Shown here: positions 12,699 through 19,185 of the stretch, piece after piece
How positions within the stretch are numbered: position 1 is the first letter of the stretch
How the letters are laid out: each line of letters starts with the position of its first letter
Source: Mantamonas sphyraenae STR306
Taxonomy: Eukaryota; Protista; CRuMs
DNA length: 23,159 bases
NCBI GenBank assembly: GCA_026936335.1
Contig: JAPMXV010000066.1
Location: forward strand, 1-23,159
Direction of reading: 5' to 3'
Position numbers and translations under genes: made by a program
Notes under the pieces: model-generated
The model's database searches: none
Told to the model about the DNA's origin: nothing
What the model saw: the letters and a program-made list of their open reading frames with translations, nothing else

Positions 12699-12762
12699 GG
12701 TGTGTGTCGAGTAGTGGGTTTTTTGGTGGTTGGGGCTCCGGCTTGGCCAAGGAAACGGAGTG
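12699..12762. promoter_or_regulatory. 64-bp ATG-to-ATG spacer; putative bidirectional promoter for TCP1 and NOP58
   Basis: Divergent start codons at 12698 (-) and 12763 (+), both supported by conserved N-termini. Promoter function is inferred. Confidence 0.7.
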
Positions 12763-15036
12763 ATGCTTGTGCTTTTCGAGAACCCCGCGGGCTTTGCCGT
12801 GTTTAAAGGTGTGTGCCGCCGCAAGGAAAGGGGAGAGAGGGTGGTGGAGGAGCGGCTGGTGTTAAGGGGCTTTGCTGGGGTGCGCGGACTGACACCTGTG
12901 TGCGTGTGCTTTTGCGCTGCAGTGGACGACGATGTTGTGAGCGAAGTGAAGGATCTGCACAAGGAGTTTGCAGATGTGGAGTCTGCCAAGTCGATGTGAG
13001 TTTGGCAGGGAATGGGAAGGAATGGAAAGGGGGTTGTGGGCGGCTGAGCACATGCACGGGCCTGGGTAGGTGGGAACGGGGGCCTAACGATGGACTGCGT
13101 ACGCGTGCACACACCACAGGATCAAGCTGCACAAGTTTATGAAGTTTGAGGACACGACAGAGGCTCTGGCGGCGACGACGGCGCTTGTGGAGAGCGAGCT
13201 GAGCAAAGGCTTGAAAAAGTTTCTCAAGTCGGCCCTGAAAGGCGAGGACGGGTCGGTGCTGGCTGTGGCAGACGCCAAGCTGGGCAAGCAGATCAACGTG
13301 AGTTTGGCGGGTGGAGGGAGGGCGGAGGAGAGGCGTTGAGACGGGACCGGGGAGTGGGCAGTGGGCAGTGGGCGAGGGGACGGAGAGCGGGAGACGGTGA
13401 AAAGAGGGGATGGAGGGGAAGGAAGGCGTTGGAGGAAACGGGTGTGGGGAGGGGGCAGGAGGGGAGCGAGGCAGGGAGAGGAGGAGAGAGTTGATGGAGA
13501 CATGGGGAGGGCTGGGGCAAGGGTGCATGGTGAGAGAGGAAGCAGGGGCATGTGGGAGTGCCTTGGGGGCGGGAGTCGTGTGGGACGGAAATCGCATGCA
13601 GGGTCGGCGTGCAAAGACCCGCGGCTGCGTGGATGTGGAGAGGGGTGTTGTGGAGAGAGACGGGGCAAAGAGGGAAAGCTGACACGGCATGTGCGCACGG
13701 ATGATTGCAGAAGAAGCTGGGGATTGAGATTGCACACGGAGACGCGGTGAACGAGCTGATGCGTGGAATCCGTTCGCAGCTGGCTGGGCTGCTGGGAGCC
13801 AAGGGAGCGAGGGCCAGCTGTCTGCTATGTCGCTGGGTCTGTCGCACTCACTGTCGCGTTACAAGCTGAAGTTTTCGCCGGATAAGGTGGACACGATGAT
13901 TGTGCAGGCAAATCAACCTGCTCGACGACCTGGACAAGGAGCTGAACACGTACTGCATGCGTGTGCGCGAGTGGTACGGGTGGCACTTTCCGGAGGCAAG
14001 CAAGATTGTGACGGATAACATCCAGTACGCCAAGATGATCCTGAAGATGGGCAACCGCAGCAACTGCCAGGAGACGGACCTGTCGGACGTGCTTCCGGAG
14101 GACATTGAAACGGAGCTGAAGGCGGCGTCGATCATCTCGATGGGATCGGAGGCGGCGGAAGAGGACATCAGCAACATCCAGGAGCTGAGCGAGCAGATTG
14201 TGAGCATCTCCGAGTACCGCAACCAGCTGTCGGAGTATCTGAAGAACCGCATGAACGCAATTGCGCCGAACCTGACGGTGCTTGTGGGAGAGCTTGTGGG
14301 TGCGCGTCTGATTGCGCACGCGGGATCGCTGATCAACCTGGCAAAGCAGCCTGCGAGTACGGTGCAGATTCTGGGCGCGGAGAAGGCGCTGTTTAGGGCG
14401 TTGAAGACGAAGCACGAGACGCCGAAGTACGGACTGATCTACCATGCGTCGCTGGTGGGCCAGGCGGCGCCAAAGAACAAGGGCAAGATGTCGCGTGTGC
14501 TCGCGGCCAAGGCGGCGCTGTCTGTGCGTGTGGACGCGCTGGGAGACAAAGACGAGCCGACGATTGGGTTGGAGGACCGGGAAAAGGTGGAGCAGAGGCT
14601 GGAGGCGCTGGAAGGACGAAGCCTCAAGTCGATCAACGCCAACGCCATCAAGGTGAAGGGGGCGTTTGACTACGGCACAGGCATGGCCAAGGGGGCCTAC
14701 GACGCTGCTGGAGACAGCACGTTGGAGGGCAAAGCGAAGGGGGGCAAGAAGAGGAAGCGCGAGGAAAGCGAGGACGAGGCAGAAAGCGACGAGGAGGACG
14801 CCGATGAGGATGAGGAGGAGGAGGAGGAGGTGAAGACGCCCAAGAAGAAGAAGGCAAAGAAGGAGAAGAGCTCGAAGAAGAAGAGCGACAAGAAGAAGAA
14901 GAAGAAGAAGGGCAGCGAGGATGATGATGAGGAGGAAGGAGGCAGCAGCAGCAGCAGCAGCGGGAAGAAGGAGAAGAGCTCAAAGAAGAAGAGCGACAAG
15001 AAGAAGAAGAAGAAGAAGAAGAGCAGTGATGAGTGA
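12763..15036 (+). CDS. NOP58: Nucleolar protein 58 (box C/D snoRNP); exons 12763-12808, 12923-12995, 13120-13297, 13711-15036; apparent indels near 13805 and 13910
   Basis: [58 protein letters not shown] (NOP58-type rather than NOP56), [41 protein letters not shown], and a Lys-rich charged tail. Confidence 0.96.
12809..12922 (+). other. NOP58 intron 1, 114 nt
   Basis: G|GTGTGT donor, branch ACTGACAC, CTGCAG acceptor; frame restored (FK-V-DDD). Confidence 0.85.
12996..13119 (+). other. NOP58 intron 2, 124 nt
   Basis: AT|GTGAGT donor, branch CCTAAC, CACAG acceptor; gives KS-M-IKLHKF. Confidence 0.9.
13298..13710 (+). other. NOP58 intron 3, 413 nt, G/A-rich
   Basis: AAC|GTGAGT donor, branch GCTGACAC, TTGCAG acceptor; gives LGKQIN-KKLGI. 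Confidence 0.9.
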
Positions 15037-15086
15037 TGAGTGAAAGGGGGGGGGGGGAGAGAGCAAATGGAGATGGTGGTTTTTGT

Positions 15087-16863
15087 TCAGAAGCGGGGTC
15101 CGCCACGGCTGAAGGAGGACTGGGGAGAGCGGAGCATGGGTGACAGCGGGGAATTCCGGGAGGGACTAGCCCAGGAGGAAGAACCTGCAGATGAGCGGCG
15201 GCCACTCGAGCGAGAGCGGGGACCGGAGCTTGTGCGAGGGGTGATGGCAGCCTTTTTGTAGGAGTTCTTTTCGCCGGCGAGGGCGTTGCGGCGGTGGACA
15301 AACTTGTCGTGTAGAGAACGTTCCTGGACGCTCCACTTTTGCTGCCACTGCTTTTCGGCCTTTTCGTATTGCAGGGTAAAGTTTGTCTTTGTGTCTTCGT
15401 GCTTGGCCTTGAGACGGTCGAGCTCGCGCTGGTGCTTCTTGTCGAGCAACTTGCGGGAGCGGGCAAACTCGTCGCTGATGATGCGTGTCTCCCATTCGCG
15501 GCGCTCCTTCTTGACGGTTGTTTCGAGGTGGGCCTTTTCGTTTTTGGCCTCGCTGAAGCGGTTGGCCTTCATGAGGGCGCGCACGCGCTTTTCGAGGTCG
15601 ATTGCGTTTGCACTGGGGCGGAAGCGTGCGGAGCGGAGCTGCTGGGCAAGCTTCTTTTCGAGCTCGTCCACTTCGTACTGTTGCCGTTGCTTGGTTTCCT
15701 CAAGGGAGAGGACGAGGCGGTCGAGGAGTTCTCGCTCGCGCGTCTCCCAATCGGAGCGGAAATTGATAAAGTCTTCTTCCTCGAGGACCTTGAGCTCGCG
15801 CTGGCAGGCCTGGTACTCCTTGGCGAGGAGCTCCTTCTTTGCTTCGTAGGTCCTGTTGCGGATGTCCTTGATCTCTGCTGTGAGGGCCTCTGCGTTGTCA
15901 AAGTCGAGCTCGTCTTGGGCTACGAGCAGCTGGTCCTGGAGAGCGGAGACGACGGTGTAGTAGGCCTGGAAAGGGTACAGGAGGGTGGAAGCGAGAGTGT
16001 GAGTGGGGTGGAGACGGGCGGAGGCGACGGGAATGGGAGAGAGGCAGGCGTGAGGGAGCGGGTTTGCGGAGGAGGGGTTGGTGGTTTACCTCGTCATCGG
16101 TGGCCAGGCGCTGAATCTCTTTGCGAGACCAGCGCTTGTGGGCGTTGGTTGTGGAGAGGCCGAGGCTGTCATCGTCGTCTGCGTCGTCGCTTGCGTCGTC
16201 GTCGTCGTCGTCGTGTGTGAAAAAGTCTGACTCGGAATCGCGCATGAAGCGGCTAAGGTGACGCTGGGCACGGACCTGCTTTGTGAGAGAGGGAGCAGAC
16301 TCACGCTCCTCGAGGGTGACACGTTTGGACGGAGAGGATGAGGATGATGATGCAGATGTGTTTGCGGTGGTGCGTGCGTTGGTGGAGGCTGAGGTGCGTG
16401 AGGAGCTGTTGTTGCCGTTGGAGAGACGCGCGCCGGATGACACGGCGGGGCCGTCGGCGTGGCTGGGAGTAGTGGAGGGAAGGACGGATGGGGAAGAGGA
16501 GGCAGATGCACGAGAAGAGGTTGTGAGCTGCGAATGGCGGCTCATCTCGATGAGCTGAGAGACACTGGGCTCGGGAGAGGACGGGGAGGCCTCGCGCTCG
16601 GCGGGGGGCGAGGAGGAAGTGCGCATGGAGGAGCGGCCAAGGATCTCGTCAACTTTGGAGAGAGAGCGAAGGGCAGAGGTGGTGGAGGAGGTGGTGGTTG
16701 ATTTTGAGGTGCTGGCAGTGGAGGAGGAGGAGGAGGAGGAAGAGGCGGAGGATGACGCGGACGTGTCTGCGCCAAAGTCCAGGGAGGACGGCGAGGAGCC
16801 GTAGAGGAAGCTGTGCGGCTGTGAGTACGAGGACGTGCTCCGGTGTGTGCCGCCGCCAGACAT
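15087..16863 (-). CDS. Hypothetical protein with a Ser-rich disordered N-terminus and a coiled-coil C-terminus carrying two UVR-like motifs; exons 16863-16090 and 15965-15087
   Basis: ATG at 16863 (MSGGGTHRSTSSY). After splicing the frame is open to TGA. LQDQLLVAQDELDFDNAEALTAEIKDI and LEKRVRALMKANRFSEA resemble UvrB/C (UVR) helical hairpins. C-ending codon bias matches other minus-strand genes. Confidence 0.8.
15966..16089 (-). other. Spliceosomal intron, 124 nt
   Basis: GAG|GTAAAC donor, branch-like ACTCACAC, TTTCCAG acceptor; joins two open frames (TDDE-AYYTV). Confidence 0.82.
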
Positions 16864-16947
16864 GCGTAGTGTGAGTTTTGGGTGGGCCTGCGCAGCGAGA
16901 GGCGAGGCAAGCCAACTCGCAACCGCAAGGTGACTTTTTCCGAGAGC
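16864..16947. promoter_or_regulatory. 84-bp ATG-to-ATG spacer; putative bidirectional promoter
   Basis: Divergent starts at 16863 (-) and 16948 (+). Promoter function is inferred. Confidence 0.6.
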
Positions 16948-19115
16948 ATGTCGGGAAAGAAGGACGAGAAGCAAGGGCAAGGGCAGGGAAAGGGCGTCCA
17001 AGACCTGGGCCTGCTGCCGGACGGCTCGACATTTGTGGTGCCGGTTGTGGAGGACGTGACGGCGACGCTGAAGCATCCGTCGAGGTGGTCGCTGCCTGTG
17101 GTTGTGACGCTGGCGTTGTCTGCAATGCATGTGGCGACTCTGTTTATGGACCTGCCGCGGTGGGTGTACATCGGGCTGTTTTTGATCTGGCGCATCGGGT
17201 ACAACGTGGGGCTGGGCTTCCTGCTGAGCTGGCAGTCGAAAGAGCAGAAGCTGACGCGATACATGGCGTCGTTTGCGGAGAAGGGCAAGCGGGGCTGGGT
17301 GGAGCGGCTGCTTGTGTGGATTGTGGAGGACCACATGCGGCGTGTGAACGACGGCGCAGCGTATTCGTTTGATGTAAGGAATGCCGGGAAAGCGGAAGTC
17401 GGGGGAATGGGCGCTTGGAATTGCGGCTGACACGTCACGGGCGCCGAATTTAGGCCAATCCGGCACAACTGAATGCATGGCTGCTGTTCCGCCACCTGGC
17501 GGACATCTGCTTGGTGAACGACTTTACCGCATTTGTGGTGTTGTCCCTGGCATCCATCCAGGTGCCCGAGCCATTCACGTTCCTTGATGCATGCGGCTAC
17601 GTGGGCGGAGTACTGCTGTGCTACGGCGGCTGGTGGGCCAAGGTGGATGCAGCACGCAGGATCGGGTCGTTTGCGTGGTGTAGGTTTGCGCAGAGAGAGT
17701 GTGGCGCTGGCGGAGCGGGAGTCGGGGAAGGGGTTGGGGGGCCATTTGCGGCTGGGAGAGTGGGGCGCTGACGCGGTTGGGGCACAGACTGGGGCGATTT
17801 TTTCTTTCTCAAGGCAGGAACGTTTGAATTGTGCAACGAGGGCGTGTTTGGTGAGTGTGGGGTGGGGTGGGGCCACGAGGGAGCGGGAGGAGTGAGGCGA
17901 GGGAGGATTATTTGCTGACACTCTGCTGGCAGCTCTGGCACCCCATGCGATGTACGGGCTGGGTAAGTTGTGGAAGGAAGGTGTGTGTTGAAGTGGGGTG
18001 AGGCTAACACATGCGTGTGGGGCATCACAGGGTACATCTGGTGCTACGGGGCGTGCCTAATTGCTCGCTCGACGGGCCTGGCGTTTGTGGCACTGGGGAT
18101 GCATCTGATGCAGGGACTGTTTCTGGTGTTTACCGAGCAGCCGCATATCCAGAGGACGTACGGCACGGACGAGGATGAGGCGGACGCAAAGGAAGCGGCT
18201 GCGGAAATGGACGAGTACTTCAAGCAGGACGTGCTGGTTCGTCATCAGCTTCCGTACCGGTCGACACATATTCTGATGGGCATCCTGGTGATCTACCAGG
18301 TGATGTTGTTTGCGACCAACTCGACGTCGCGCCTGTTCTGGCTGTTGCACGCAGTGGTGTGGCAAATTGTGCACAGCGTGGGGCTGGGATGGGTGCTGCA
18401 TGCACAGAGCACGTCGCAGATCATCTCGAAACGCTTTGAGGCGGCAGGACTGGGCCTGGCGGAGGCGTATCAGGCATGGCAGGCGGTGTACAGTGTGGTG
18501 TCGCTGAGCTGCGCGTCGAGCGCAGTGGCAGTGGCAATCAGCCACTACGAGTTTCCAGAAGCGCTGGACAGCGGGTGGCTGCTGCGACAAATCATAGGAC
18601 TGATTCTGGTTGGCGTGCACTTTCTGGTGAACATGGAGGTGATCGACGTGCTCGGAGAGAGGGGCGTGTTTTACGCGGACATCTGGCTGTCGCACATCCC
18701 GCACCCTCTGGTGTACAAGGGCATCTACCACTGGTTGGATCACCCGGCGGCGTCCCTCGGGTACGCGGGGTACTACGGGCTGGCTGTGGCGTCTGGGAGT
18801 GCACACGCACTGGCGCTGGCGGTAGGGTCGCAGCTGCTGCATTGCTGGCTGATCATTTTGGTGGAGACGCCGCATTTGCAGCGCACACGGCAAGAGGAGC
18901 TGCGTGTGCGGGGCAGCACGGCTGCAGAGGTGAGGAAGCTGGCACAGAAGAGCCCCGTGTTGGCGCAGGTGATTGACAAAACGGACAAGGCGATTGACAA
19001 GGCGATTGACAAGGTGCGTGCTACGGTGTTGGATGGGTTTGAGTTGCAGGAGGATGGGAAGAAGGGGAAGGGGAAGGGGAAGGGGAAGGAGAAGGAGAAA
19101 GGAAAGAAGGATTGA
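16948..19115 (+). CDS. CHO2: Phosphatidylethanolamine N-methyltransferase, CHO2/PEM1-type with two PEMT domains; exons 16948-17373, 17454-17679, 17788-17850, 17933-17962, 18031-19115
   Basis: The spliced product has GLLPDGSTFVVP, WRIGYNVGLGFLLSWQS, NAWLLFRHLADICLVNDF, WWAKVDAARRIGSFAWYWGDFFF, GVFALAPHAMYGLGY and EQPHIQRTYG. A second copy reads GVFYADIW...GIYHWLDHP...VETPHLQR. These match fungal Cho2 motifs. Four GT-AG introns (17374-17453, 17680-17787, 17851-17932, 17963-18030) each have a CTRAC branch site. Confidence 0.88.
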
Positions 19116-19150
19116 AGGTGAGGTGAGGTGAGGTGAGGTGAGGTGAGGTG
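19116..19150 (+). repeat. (AGGTG)7 microsatellite immediately after the CHO2 stop codon
   Basis: Direct reading of the sequence. Confidence 0.95.
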
Positions 19151-19185
19151 GGTGAGTGGGGAGGATGTGTGAATGAAAGGATGGT

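Noticed and set aside
12182-13847. Pro-rich and Gly-rich ORFs across the TCP1 and NOP58 introns
   Set aside because: These are translations of skewed low-complexity intron sequence that lacks stop codons.
11970-13915. Single-base frameshifts in TCP1 (~11974) and NOP58 (~13805, ~13910)
   Set aside because: They fall in or next to homopolymer runs of otherwise conserved essential genes, so they are most likely sequencing errors.
2149-19115. Possible alternative genetic code
   Set aside because: Conserved proteins translate correctly with the standard code, no in-frame TAA/TAG/TGA occurs in intact exons, and genes end in TGA or TAG.
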